DNA of 64,000 bases, taken from an uncultured Verrucomicrobiae bacterium (lineage in GTDB: Bacteria > Verrucomicrobiota > Verrucomicrobiia > Chthoniobacterales > UBA10450). Where the stretch lies: positions 544,001 to 608,000 of the forward strand of contig CAVYXA010000001.1 in the NCBI GenBank assembly GCA_963772365.1. The letters are read 5' to 3'. The position numbers were made by a program, and so were the translations under genes. The notes beneath the pieces are model-generated. The model was not told the DNA's origin, did not search any database, and was given only the letters and a program-made list of their open reading frames with translations. Shown one piece after another: positions 31,066 through 40,746 of the stretch (its first letter is position 1; each line of letters opens with the position of its first letter).

Positions 31066-31221
31066 CGTGGGACATTATCTCACAACCAGGTCTTGGCGTA
31101 AACTTCCCGCGTAAAAGGCTTCGCCTCACGCGGCTCCGATCGTGGTGCGGCGACGCTCTCCAACAGCCACGTGAGCCAACGCTCTTACGTGGCCTGCGAA
31201 GCGCAAAAATCCCGGGTGCTA

Positions 31222-31249
31222 TTGACCCCTTCCACACTGCTGCTAGCAT
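31222..31249 (+). promoter_or_regulatory. Putative sigma70 promoter (TTGACC-16-TAGCAT, extended TG)
   Basis: Just upstream of GTG 31259. Confidence 0.4.
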
Positions 31250-31258
31250 CGACAACAC

Positions 31259-31921
31259 GTGAAAATTCCGTTCCTCGCGAATCGTCTTTTAGTTCCGATC
31301 CTCTTCTTAGCGGGTTCATTCGCTACCCGCCCTCTCCTTGCTCAGGAAGCTGTGACTGATAAACCGGTGACGGAAACAGAGGAAACGGAAACGCCGACCG
31401 AGGAAGCAACACCGGCGGAAGAGACCACGCCTGCCGCCGAGACGGAGAAGGAAAGTTCGAAGCAAAAGAAATCGGCAAAAGATCTTCGGCAAATGATGAC
31501 TCCGGAGGAATTCAGCGCTGCCGGGTTAGATAAGTTGTCGCCGGAAGAGCTGGAAAAACTGAATTCCCTGCTACAGGGCTACCGCAAAAAAGCGGAAACG
31601 AAGGCGGCCGAAAAAGCAGCAGCTGAGGCGACGGCGAAAGCAACCAAGGAAACAACCAAGAAGGTCCGGGCAAGTTTTTTTGGTGGGGGAGAGCCGATCG
31701 TTAGCCGGGTGGATGGCACCATGATTCCCTTAACCGGGCACACAGTGATCCGGCTGGAAGATGGCACCAGGTGGAAACAGGCAAATATTGAGGATCGCTA
31801 CCGGCCGCGAGTTAGCGATCGCCCGGCCGTGCTTGTCGTCCATACTGCGTTCGGCTACAAAATGCGCATCGAAGGCATGCCGGATTTCTACGTCAATCCG
31901 GCGCCGGAAAAGAACCGCTAG
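31259..31921 (+). CDS. Secreted hypothetical protein
   Basis: Signal peptide, Glu/Thr-rich linker, MTPEEFSAAGLDKLSPEEL, LEDGTRWKQ. Confidence 0.75.
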   Translation: MKIPFLANRLLVPILFLAGSFATRPLLAQEAVTDKPVTETEETETPTEEATPAEETTPAAETEKESSKQKKSAKDLRQMMTPEEFSAAGLDKLSPEELEKLNSLLQGYRKKAETKAAEKAAAEATAKATKETTKKVRASFFGGGEPIVSRVDGTMIPLTGHTVIRLEDGTRWKQANIEDRYRPRVSDRPAVLVVHTAFGYKMRIEGMPDFYVNPAPEKNR

Positions 31922-32054
31922 GCTCCTTTTCGCCAAGGCGCGCTGCGACCATATCTCATTGTCATTCTGAGTTCTCATAATGATTGGAGATGTTTCGCTA
32001 CGCTCAACATGACATGGAAAGCAGGTCTCTTTCCCTATGCGGGCAAAGAAATAA

Positions 32055-33302
32055 TCAGACTGGGGTCGTCGCGCTCTCGGCCGGCATCAGACGCGCCAGG
32101 CCGAATTCTTTGTGAATTAATTGCGCCGCACGATCGGCGTCTTTTTCATCGATGATGACAGCGATCTTGATCTCGGACGTCGAGACTAATTGAATATTGA
32201 TTCCGCCTTTGCCGAGACACTCGAACATTCGCGCCGCCACGCCGGAATGAGAGCGCATTCCGATTCCAACCACACTGAGCTTGGCCACCTCGCTCGCAGT
32301 GTTGAGACGATTCGCGCCGATCTCGCTCACGATCGGCATCAACACTTTTCGCGCATCCTCCAAATCGTCCTGGTGAATGGTGAAGGAAATGTCGGTGGTA
32401 CCGCTGATCGATGCATTTTGCACGATCATGTCCACGACAATGTGCGCGGCGGCAACAGTCGAAAAGATCCTGCCGGCCACTCCTGCTTTGTCCGGCACAC
32501 CGGCAACAGTTAGTTTGGCTTGATTCCGGGCGAGGCTGATCCCGCGAATCACGACATCCTCCATGCTGGGCGTTTCCTCCTTCGCGACCGTTCCCTCGCG
32601 CGGTTTGAAACTGGATCGTACTTCAAATTCGACTCCGAACTTTTTCGCAAACTCCACTGCGCGCGATTGCATCACTTTCGCGCCGCTGCCGGCCATCTCG
32701 AGCAGCTCGTCGTATGCGATCTCGTCGAGCTTCTGCGCATCTTTTACAATTCGAGGGTCGCACGTGAACACACCATCGACATCGGTAAAAATCTGGCAGG
32801 CATCGGCATTCAAGGCGCTGGCCAGCGCGATTGCAGTCAAATCGGAACCGCCACGACCGAGCGTTGTGGTTTCGCCTTCAACGGTCTGTCCCTGAAAACC
32901 TGCCACGATCACGATGTAATCATCTTCGAGTAGTTCCAGGATTTGCTTCGGACTGATATTCGCGATCCGCGCTTTTGTATGCATCGCGTTGGTCAAAATG
33001 CCGGCATCCGCGCCGCACAACGAAACCGCCCGCCCGCCGAGAGCATTGACGGCCATCGCCGTCAGTGCGCTCGATGCACGTTCGCCCGTTGCCAGCAAAA
33101 CATCCAGCTCCCGCTTGGTCGGATCGGGTGACATTTCTCGCGAAAGCTTGATCAGCTCATCGGTCACACCGGCCATGGCCGAAACTACGGCGACGACTTT
33201 GCAGCCTTCCTTTTGCGTCTCGATCAGCCGTTGGGCGACTTTGCGGATCCGCTCGGCCGATCCAACCGATGTCCCGCCATATTTCTGAACAATCAAACGC
33301 AT
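32055..33302 (-). CDS. lysC: Aspartate kinase
   Basis: VQKYGGTSV, VVSAM, TLGRGGSD, DVDGV, two ACT domains (STSEIKI). Confidence 0.97.
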   Translation of the reverse strand: MRLIVQKYGGTSVGSAERIRKVAQRLIETQKEGCKVVAVVSAMAGVTDELIKLSREMSPDPTKRELDVLLATGERASSALTAMAVNALGGRAVSLCGADAGILTNAMHTKARIANISPKQILELLEDDYIVIVAGFQGQTVEGETTTLGRGGSDLTAIALASALNADACQIFTDVDGVFTCDPRIVKDAQKLDEIAYDELLEMAGSGAKVMQSRAVEFAKKFGVEFEVRSSFKPREGTVAKEETPSMEDVVIRGISLARNQAKLTVAGVPDKAGVAGRIFSTVAAAHIVVDMIVQNASISGTTDISFTIHQDDLEDARKVLMPIVSEIGANRLNTASEVAKLSVVGIGMRSHSGVAARMFECLGKGGINIQLVSTSEIKIAVIIDEKDADRAAQLIHKEFGLARLMPAESATTPV

Positions 33303-33325
33303 GTAAAAATCGTGCGGAGTTTAAA

Positions 33326-34408
33326 CTAAAAACCAATGTCGCGAAGCACATTGTCGATGGTCGTTTCGACAGGCTGGACATTGTCGATGGTCCCGCGGAA
33401 CGGCTCGGGGTCTTTTAAACCATGGCCGGTAACGGTGCAGACGATCCGGCTTTCACTGCGAATTTTGTGGCAATATTTGAAGAGGCCCGCGATGGAAGTT
33501 GCGCTGGCGGGCTCGACAAAAATTCCCTCCTTCCGCGCCAACCAGGATTGCGCGTCGAGAATTTCCTCGTCCCTGACGATCTCGATCGTCCCGCCCGATT
33601 CCTCGACCGCGGCGCGCGCTTCTTTCCAACTGGCAGGATTACCGATTCGAATAGCCGAAGCAATTGTGTCCGGATCTTTGATAATTTGATTAAAAAAAAT
33701 CGGCGCCGCTCCCAAAGCCTGGAACCCGATCATAGCTGGCAATGTTCTCGACTTGGCGTTTTGCCAGTATTCGCGGTAACCCGCCCAGTAGGCCGTGAGG
33801 TTGCCCGCGTTGCCAACTGGCAGGAGATGGAAATTGGGCGCGTCGCCTAGAACATCGACAATCTCGAATGCGGCGGTTTTCTGGCCGGCGATGCGGTCGG
33901 GGTTAATCGAATTGACGATTGCAAAACCAGCGCGCTGCCCGAGGTCGCGCACGATCCGAAGTGCATCATCGAAGTTGCCATCCACGCCAATCATGCGCGC
34001 GCCGCAGGCAAAGGCTTGCATCAGTTTGCCACTGGCAATTTTTCCTACGGGCAAAACCACCACGCTGGGAATTCCCGCCCGCGCGGCATACGCCGTCGCC
34101 GAAGCCGAAGTATTGCCGGTCGATGCACAAATCAAAGCACGCGCCCCACGTTCCAGAGCTTTGGAGACGGCGACGGTCATCCCGCGATCTTTGAACGAGC
34201 CGGTGGGATTCACGCCTTCGTTCTTGATAAAAACTTCGCAGCCGCGCCCGACGTGTTTACTTAGATGCGCGGAATAGAGTAATGGCGTGCTGCCTTCGCC
34301 TAACGAGACAATGGGTGTGTCCTGGCTGACCGGAAGAAACTCGCGATAGCGAGCGATCACTCCCCTATCCTGTTCGAATGACCTCCACATGCGGAAAAGA
34401 CTTTGCAA
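33326..34408 (-). CDS. thrC: Threonine synthase
   Basis: NPTGSFKDRG, ASTGNTS, PVGNAGN, TGHGLKD. Confidence 0.95.
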   Translation of the reverse strand: MQSLFRMWRSFEQDRGVIARYREFLPVSQDTPIVSLGEGSTPLLYSAHLSKHVGRGCEVFIKNEGVNPTGSFKDRGMTVAVSKALERGARALICASTGNTSASATAYAARAGIPSVVVLPVGKIASGKLMQAFACGARMIGVDGNFDDALRIVRDLGQRAGFAIVNSINPDRIAGQKTAAFEIVDVLGDAPNFHLLPVGNAGNLTAYWAGYREYWQNAKSRTLPAMIGFQALGAAPIFFNQIIKDPDTIASAIRIGNPASWKEARAAVEESGGTIEIVRDEEILDAQSWLARKEGIFVEPASATSIAGLFKYCHKIRSESRIVCTVTGHGLKDPEPFRGTIDNVQPVETTIDNVLRDIGF

Positions 34409-34475
34409 AAGTGGCCGAATCTTTTTCCTTTAGCAATTCGGCGCTCACCGGAGTTATTGATAGGATCGACATTGC

Positions 34476-37400
34476 ATGCCCTCGTTAAACAAAGAAACCA
34501 AGCTTCGCCTGCTCCGGTTGATTCTGGAAAGTCGTCATGCGGACTTGCGTGAGCAAAATCTGATCCGCCAGGGCAAAGGACACTTTCATGTTTCCGGAAT
34601 GGGGCATGAAGCGCTCGCGGCGGTGTCGATTCAAATGGAGCCGGACGATTACATCGTTTCGTATTATCGCGATCGTGGCCTGGTGCTTGGCCGGGGAATG
34701 ACCACCCGCGAGCTCGGTCTCGAATATTTCGCCAAACGAAACACCGGCAGTCACGGCCGGCAGATGCCGTCGCATTACAGCAATCGCAAATTAAACATCT
34801 GGAGTGTGCCGACTCCGACCGGCTCGCAGCTTCTTCCCGCGTGCGGCATGGCCTGGGGAATTCAGCTCGATGGCAAAAAAAATCTGGTCGTGACGACGGT
34901 CGGTGATGCGGCGACGCGCCAGGGCGATTTTTTTGAGGCGATCTGTTTCGCGAAAGAGAAAAAGCTCCCGATGCTTTTCCTTGTCGAAGACAACGCCTAC
35001 GGCATCAGCATGCCGACGCGGAAAAACAATCCGCTCGCACTAAATATTCTCGAATCGGACCACTGGCGCAGGATCAACGGCAATGATGTCCAGCAAGTGT
35101 ATGAGGCAACCGCAGAGGGGTTCGAAAAAATTCGCGATGGAAATGGGCCGTTCTTTTTCTGGATCAAAATGGAGCGGCTCTCCAGTCACACCAGCTCGGA
35201 CGATCATAAGCTGTATCGCAGCGCCGAGGAGATCGACTCGCTCTTGAAGTTCGATCCCCTCACCTGTTGGCGGAATGAGCTCACGAAGGAAGGCGCGATC
35301 ACGGCGGATGAATTCGCGAAGATCGACAATGAAATCAAAGAACGGGTTCGCCAAGAATACAGCGATGCTGAGAAAGCGGAAGATCCGTCGGCCAAGGAAT
35401 TGTTTGATGAAGTGATGCAGCCGCGGTCGTCCGCCTTCGCCAAGGCTACGGCGGACAAGCCGCCCGCGGCCACAGAGGTTTTGCCGCCGGGGAAATATCG
35501 AATTGGCGACACAGTCAACATGACTCTGCGAGCGGGACTGAAAGAAGATTCGGGCCGGATCATTTTCGGCGAAGATGTCGAAGACCCGAAAGGCGGCGTG
35601 TTTCGGCTGACCCAGAAACTTTCCACCGAATTTCCGAAACAGGTTTTCAATTCGCCGCTGGCTGAGTCGACAATCCTCGGGGTGGCCTGCGGCCTTGCCG
35701 CATATGGCAAGCGGCCTGTGTTCGAAGTGCAATTCATTGATTTTATTTATCCGGGATTCAATCAATTGGTCACGAACATCTCGAACTTGCGCTGGCGATC
35801 CCTCGGAAATTGGAAATGTCCGGCAGTCATTTACGCGCCTTACGGTGCGTATTTGCCGGGCGGAAGTTTATGGCATAGCCAGGCTAACGAATCAGCATTC
35901 GCGCATTATCCGGGGCTCTCGGTCGTGATCCCAAGTACGCCGGAAGACGCGGCTGGATTGCTCTGGACAGCAATGCACAGCGAAGATCCTGTCATTTTTT
36001 TGATCCCAAAACATATGCTCTGGGCTGAGCGCGAATCGAAAGAGCCGGTGCGAGCCATACCCTTCGGAGAAGCACGAAAATTCCGCGACGGGTCTGATGT
36101 GACGTTGATCGCGTGGGGGAACACGGTCGAGAAATCTCTCGAGGCTTTGGCGAAAATCGAGAACGAAACCAGCGTCGAGCTGATCGACTTGCGTTCCATC
36201 GTCCCATGGGACAAAAATGCGATTGAAAAATCTGTGCGCAAAACCGGGCGCATCGTCGTCGTTCAGGAAGACACGGAGAATTGCAGTGTCGGTCAGATGA
36301 TCATTTCTCACCTGTCGAGCAATCCCGAATTGTGGAGCGCGATGGTCAGCCCACCAATTTTGGTGAGCAAAGGCAATGTGATGATTGGTTATAATCCGAT
36401 CTACGAATATGCAGCATTGCCCGATGTGGAACGGATCCTCAACGCGATCCGGCAATCGGTTGCAACAAAGGAAAAACGCGCTGCAGCCGTAGGCTTTGAC
36501 CACAGCCGGGCTGAACCAGTGGCCGATTCGAAGAAGCCGAGGTCAACGCCCTCGGCTACAAACGTCCAACCGATCGTGGTCCCGATCATGGGCGAAGGAA
36601 TTCGTAATGCGAAAATAGTTTCGTTGCTGAAGAAGCCGGGCGACCCGATCGCGCTGGATGACGATTTATGCGAAGTCGAAACCGACAAGGCGGTCTATCC
36701 GATCCAATCATCGTTCGTCGGTACGATGGGCGAATGGAAAACAAAAGTTGGCGAGACGGTCGAGATCGGTCAGGAACTCGGGACAATTTTAATGGACGCT
36801 GCAGATGCGGGCGTCGAGCGCGGCCGGATCGAATCCGCCGTTGAAATACAAAAGCCGGGGTCAAGGCCCTCGGCTGCAACCATTGAGCCGGCGCTGTCAC
36901 CAACGGTTACGCGCAAGCTTTCAGACGTGATTCCGGCAAATCTGCAAATTGATGTTCGTTGGGACGCGATCCGAAAGGCGCGCGAGGCAGCGAAGAAGAA
37001 AAACGGCCAGGATGCACCGACCCCGAGTGTCATGATTGCGTGGGCAGTCGTGAGGGCGATGGAGAAGCATGCTCCGTTTCGCCGGTTGATCCTTGAAGAC
37101 GATCGCATTGTTGAAAATGAGAACTTTGATCTCGGTATCGCTGTCGCGCTGGAGGACGATCGGCTCGCGACGGCGGTGATTGTCGAGGCCAACAAGAAGA
37201 GCTGGCCCGAGTTCGTGAAGATTTACGATGAAACAGTGAAGGCCACGCGCCGCGGGCGAGTCGATGCCATGAATGCGCCGGTCGTGATTACCAGCCTAGG
37301 CGCTTTTGGAGTAAAAGTCGGAGCACCAATTGTCGTGCCGCCTTCGGTGGGAACGCTGTTCGTCGGCACGGCCCATCGCGAAATCGTTTCAAACGGCAAA

Positions 37401-37556
37401 AAAAATGAAACCGCCGAAGTGGTTACGCTTTCGCTCACGTTCGATCATCGGGTGGTCAACGGCGCCGGCGCCGCCAATTTCGTTCACGATGTTAAGGAGG
37501 AACTAGAAGGTTTCAGGATGCCAGCCGCGACTCCGAAGCTTTCCGGAAAATCATGA
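34476..37556 (+). CDS. Fused 2-oxoacid dehydrogenase E1alpha-E1beta-lipoyl-E2
   Basis: GDAA...EDN TPP motif and SHTSSDD (alpha); FGEDV, SPLAES, EVQF.DF, WHSQ (beta); VETDKA lipoyl site; TFDHRVVNG (E2), all in one 1026-aa ORF. Confidence 0.92.
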   Translation: MPSLNKETKLRLLRLILESRHADLREQNLIRQGKGHFHVSGMGHEALAAVSIQMEPDDYIVSYYRDRGLVLGRGMTTRELGLEYFAKRNTGSHGRQMPSHYSNRKLNIWSVPTPTGSQLLPACGMAWGIQLDGKKNLVVTTVGDAATRQGDFFEAICFAKEKKLPMLFLVEDNAYGISMPTRKNNPLALNILESDHWRRINGNDVQQVYEATAEGFEKIRDGNGPFFFWIKMERLSSHTSSDDHKLYRSAEEIDSLLKFDPLTCWRNELTKEGAITADEFAKIDNEIKERVRQEYSDAEKAEDPSAKELFDEVMQPRSSAFAKATADKPPAATEVLPPGKYRIGDTVNMTLRAGLKEDSGRIIFGEDVEDPKGGVFRLTQKLSTEFPKQVFNSPLAESTILGVACGLAAYGKRPVFEVQFIDFIYPGFNQLVTNISNLRWRSLGNWKCPAVIYAPYGAYLPGGSLWHSQANESAFAHYPGLSVVIPSTPEDAAGLLWTAMHSEDPVIFLIPKHMLWAERESKEPVRAIPFGEARKFRDGSDVTLIAWGNTVEKSLEALAKIENETSVELIDLRSIVPWDKNAIEKSVRKTGRIVVVQEDTENCSVGQMIISHLSSNPELWSAMVSPPILVSKGNVMIGYNPIYEYAALPDVERILNAIRQSVATKEKRAAAVGFDHSRAEPVADSKKPRSTPSATNVQPIVVPIMGEGIRNAKIVSLLKKPGDPIALDDDLCEVETDKAVYPIQSSFVGTMGEWKTKVGETVEIGQELGTILMDAADAGVERGRIESAVEIQKPGSRPSAATIEPALSPTVTRKLSDVIPANLQIDVRWDAIRKAREAAKKKNGQDAPTPSVMIAWAVVRAMEKHAPFRRLILEDDRIVENENFDLGIAVALEDDRLATAVIVEANKKSWPEFVKIYDETVKATRRGRVDAMNAPVVITSLGAFGVKVGAPIVVPPSVGTLFVGTAHREIVSNGKKNETAEVVTLSLTFDHRVVNGAGAANFVHDVKEELEGFRMPAATPKLSGKS

Positions 37557-37954
37557 ATAGAGACATCCGTTGGAGGCAGCGCTTTCAAAACTTCACTAAA
37601 GCTCTCGCCCTTTTGCGGGAGCCATTTGCTCGCGAAACCGGGTCGCTTTCCGACTTGGAAAAGGAAGGAGTCGTGCAGCGTTTTGAAGTTACATTCGAGC
37701 TGGCCTGGAAGACATTGAAGGACTACCTGGTTTTTAATGGCGTGGTTTTTCAGCAGGTAACGCCGCGCAACGTGATTAAGCAGGGTTTCGCAAGTAAAGT
37801 CATTTCAGACGGGCAACTTTGGATCGACATGCTAGACCGCCGCAATCTGCTGGCCGACGAATCGCTTCTCGATGAGACGGTAAATCAGGTGGCGACAAAA
37901 TTCCTTCCCGCCTTCGAGCAACTATTTGGATTGCTCGAAGGAAAATCGAAATGA
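37553..37954 (+). CDS. HEPN / nucleotidyltransferase substrate-binding protein (HI0074-like)
   Basis: RWRQRFQNF, EGVVQRFEVTFELAWKTLKDYL, W.DML..RN; lacks the usual SHTY. Confidence 0.88.
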   Translation: MNRDIRWRQRFQNFTKALALLREPFARETGSLSDLEKEGVVQRFEVTFELAWKTLKDYLVFNGVVFQQVTPRNVIKQGFASKVISDGQLWIDMLDRRNLLADESLLDETVNQVATKFLPAFEQLFGLLEGKSK

Positions 37955-38280
37955 TTTCTTTCGGATTGAACGAACGAGAACGCAGCCTTCTGGCCGGAGT
38001 GTTCCGAAGCCATCCCGAGATCCAGGAAGTCCGCGTGTTTGGCTCGCGAGCAAAAGGAAATAACGAGCCGAATTCCGATATCGACCTGGCCCTATGGGGA
38101 ACGGTTGATTCACGACTGCTTGCCCGGGTAATGGGTGAACTGGATGAGCTGCCGCTTCCCTATACGTTTGACGTGGTAATCTACGATCACGTCGATAACC
38201 CCGACCTGAAGGAACACATTGATCGTGTAGGCAATTCCCTGTACCGGAGCGCAACGCCCGGGCAGCGCATGACCAATTGA
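37951..38280 (+). CDS. Minimal nucleotidyltransferase (MNT) antitoxin
   Basis: FGSRAKG.....SDIDL; ATGA overlap with the HEPN gene. Confidence 0.9.
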   Translation: MISFGLNERERSLLAGVFRSHPEIQEVRVFGSRAKGNNEPNSDIDLALWGTVDSRLLARVMGELDELPLPYTFDVVIYDHVDNPDLKEHIDRVGNSLYRSATPGQRMTN

Positions 38281-38385
38281 ATTCATGAATCGGCGGGGTC
38301 GCGGGCGGGACTTTTGAAGGGGGAGTCGAGGCTTCGAGTGGCCGTTCTTTGGTTCGGCATATCTATCCGTGCCGCGTAGGATCGA

Positions 38386-39327
38386 TCAGGCACGCGGCAC
38401 AGAAACGCGCTGAACTTCTGCTTCTTTTTTAGGACCGATCTTTCGAAAGATCATCCACACTCCGGCCAGGACAAAACAAGCGCCGACCAGCGACCAGACT
38501 GGAAATTTCTCACCGCCGACCAGCCACCCCAGCGTGACCGCGCCCGGGGGTGTAATAAGTGCGATCGTTTGCAAATTCGTTACCGTCATTCGCGGTAACA
38601 ACCAATAAAGGAGAAGGAACGTGAGAGCCGATCCGATCACGGCCAGATACAGCAGGCAAAAGATCGAGGTCGCGGTCCAATGAAACTTGAGTGGACTTCC
38701 ATCGACAACGCGCCCGGTTACAAGCAACGGAACCGCGCCGAAGATCATTTGCCAGGCGGCGATCATGCTTGGGGCCAGTCGAATCGCCCGCCGCTTGAGA
38801 ATGACGTTTGAGAAAGCCGCGCCCGCGGCTCCGAAAACAATCCCGAGCCCGCCCCAAAACGCCATCATTCCGCCGAAGCTGAGTAATCGAGTGCAGATGA
38901 GCGCTACTCCGCCCATGGCAAGCAGCGCACCGGCAAATTTTTGCAGCCGGATCGGTTCTTCCGGAAGCATCCAGTGCGCGAAAATCATTCCGAAGATCGG
39001 AATAGACGCCTGCAATACCGCCGCTAGGCCGGAAGAAACGTGGAGCTCACCCCAAAAGAGTAGTCCGTAATTCACTGCGAACATCAGCACTCCGGTGAAT
39101 GCGAGCAATGCATAATCACCGCCGCGAATCGGCAACAGTCGCACACGTCCGATCGAGACCATCACCAAAACAATGATTGCAATCAGAAAGCGGATGGCGG
39201 CATACGAAATCGGCGGCAAATCGCGCAAACCGACCTTAATGGCCAGCCACGTTGAACTCCAAACTACGCAAAGCGTTAACCACGCTAACGGCACTCCCCA
39301 GCCCACGCGTGGCCGCAGATTTTTCAT
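38386..39327 (-). CDS. EamA/DMT family transporter
   Basis: WSSTWLAIK, PP....AIRF, SGLAAVL, YLAVIGS; about 10 TM segments. Confidence 0.9.
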   Translation of the reverse strand: MKNLRPRVGWGVPLAWLTLCVVWSSTWLAIKVGLRDLPPISYAAIRFLIAIIVLVMVSIGRVRLLPIRGGDYALLAFTGVLMFAVNYGLLFWGELHVSSGLAAVLQASIPIFGMIFAHWMLPEEPIRLQKFAGALLAMGGVALICTRLLSFGGMMAFWGGLGIVFGAAGAAFSNVILKRRAIRLAPSMIAAWQMIFGAVPLLVTGRVVDGSPLKFHWTATSIFCLLYLAVIGSALTFLLLYWLLPRMTVTNLQTIALITPPGAVTLGWLVGGEKFPVWSLVGACFVLAGVWMIFRKIGPKKEAEVQRVSVPRA

Positions 39328-39516
39328 CGATACCTCCTTTCCATCGGCTACGCGACCATCGCGTTGCCCCAAAGATTCGCAAAGACGAGCGCGACGCCTT
39401 CCGCTTCCAGCCGAATGCAATGGAATCGGACGATCAGGGCCCAAAAAATAATGACAGATTCTTCTTGCCGCCGGAATCGGCGTTTACTAAATGGATGCCT
39501 TGAAACTTCCCTAACT

Positions 39517-39966
39517 ATGAAATGGCTCGTAAAAATCTCTGTCGGCGCGGTTTACCTCGCGGTCCAAATGCAAGAATTAATTGCTCAGCAACCTGGTGAA
39601 TACACCACAACAGCCCACGGTCCTGGTCCTGTTTTCTGGATCATTTACGTCGCGGTCCTGCTCTTCATGCTGGCAGCGATGTGGAAAGTGTTTACCAAAG
39701 CTGGCCAACCCGGGTGGGCGATCCTCATTCCAATTTATAATCTCTATGTCCTTTGCAAAATCGCCGGACGACCTGGATGGTGGCTCATTCTTTGTCTTAT
39801 TCCGTTCGTTAATCTGATTATTTTCATTATTCTGGACATCGACATCGCTAAAAATTTTGGCAAGGGCGCTGGATTTGGGATTGGGCTGTTGTTGCTGCCC
39901 TTTATCTTTTTCCCAATCCTTGGCTTTGGCAGCGCGCAATACCAAGGTGGGGCGGCGACAGCATAG
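39517..39966 (+). CDS. DUF5684-family membrane protein
   Basis: WKVFTKAGQPGWAILIPIYN, AKNFGKG.GF. Confidence 0.85.
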   Translation: MKWLVKISVGAVYLAVQMQELIAQQPGEYTTTAHGPGPVFWIIYVAVLLFMLAAMWKVFTKAGQPGWAILIPIYNLYVLCKIAGRPGWWLILCLIPFVNLIIFIILDIDIAKNFGKGAGFGIGLLLLPFIFFPILGFGSAQYQGGAATA

Positions 39967-39969
39967 TCG

Positions 39970-40746
39970 CTACGGAACCCACTTGGGCTTTCGCTTTTCG
40001 TTAAATGCGGCGATGCCTTCCACGGCCTCGTCCGACTCGCGCGCTTGCATGTGATATTTCAACGCAAGATCGACATCTTCTTTCACGCTGCTCGACCAGA
40101 GTTCTTCGATCAATTTTTTTGTCTGTTGCAGCGCGCCGGGGGCACCTTGCAAAACTGAATCGGCGAATTTGCTCGCCTCGGTCATGAGATCGCGTTCGGG
40201 AACAACGCGATTGACTAGTCCGATCTCGCGAGCACGTGCGGCATCAATTAATTCCGAGCCGAACAAAAGCTCCCGAATATCCCGCTCGCGGACCTGACGT
40301 CGGAGAAAAGTCAAAACCAGACCCGCGACCAGGCCGCGCCGGACTTCCGGATAGCCGATCTTTGTCCGCTCCGCGGCAACGACAAAATCGCAGGCCGACA
40401 TGATACCCGCGCCACCAGCCACCGCTGCGCCGTGAACCGCCGCAATGGTGACCAGTCGGGTCTGACTCAGTGTGACCAAAGTCTTTGCAACGCATTCCGC
40501 CGTCGCATGAGCTTTCGTCTGGTCCGCAGCTTCTTTTAAATCCAAACCAGTGCAAAACGCCACGCCGGCGCCACGCAAAATCAGGATTCGCTCCTGCGGT
40601 TGAGCCGAGGTCGATTCGACGGTATCGATCAGCTCCTGGAGAAGCTCAATAGTCAAAGCATTGCGGCGCTCCGGCCGGTTCAGTGTCGCGATCGTGATGT
40701 GCGGCCGCAATTTTTCGACGAGAAGAACGGGCATAACAATGCGCAA
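39970..40746 (-). CDS. Enoyl-CoA hydratase/isomerase family protein
   Basis: LNRPERRNAL, FCTGLDL, AVHGAAVAGG, EGIAAF.EKRKPKW. Confidence 0.92.
   Translation of the reverse strand: MRIVMPVLLVEKLRPHITIATLNRPERRNALTIELLQELIDTVESTSAQPQERILILRGAGVAFCTGLDLKEAADQTKAHATAECVAKTLVTLSQTRLVTIAAVHGAAVAGGAGIMSACDFVVAAERTKIGYPEVRRGLVAGLVLTFLRRQVRERDIRELLFGSELIDAARAREIGLVNRVVPERDLMTEASKFADSVLQGAPGALQQTKKLIEELWSSSVKEDVDLALKYHMQARESDEAVEGIAAFNEKRKPKWVP

Larger units (their letters stand above)
26947..31191 (+). repeat. Dispersed hairpin repeat c(a/g)cgtaaaaggcttcgcctcacg(t/c)g, five direct copies and one inverted copy
   Basis: Copies at 26997-27021, 27963-27984, 28264-28288, 29845-29864, 31108-31132; inverted at 31168-31191. 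Three are preceded by acattg....aa(a/g)atgatcgttcacctcgtcgacg. Confidence 0.9.

Noticed and set aside
26947..31191. CRISPR array or classical integron
   Set aside because: Spacing is irregular (about 0.3-1.6 kb), no intI or cas gene, and the atctaac boxes have no matching GTTRRRY arm.
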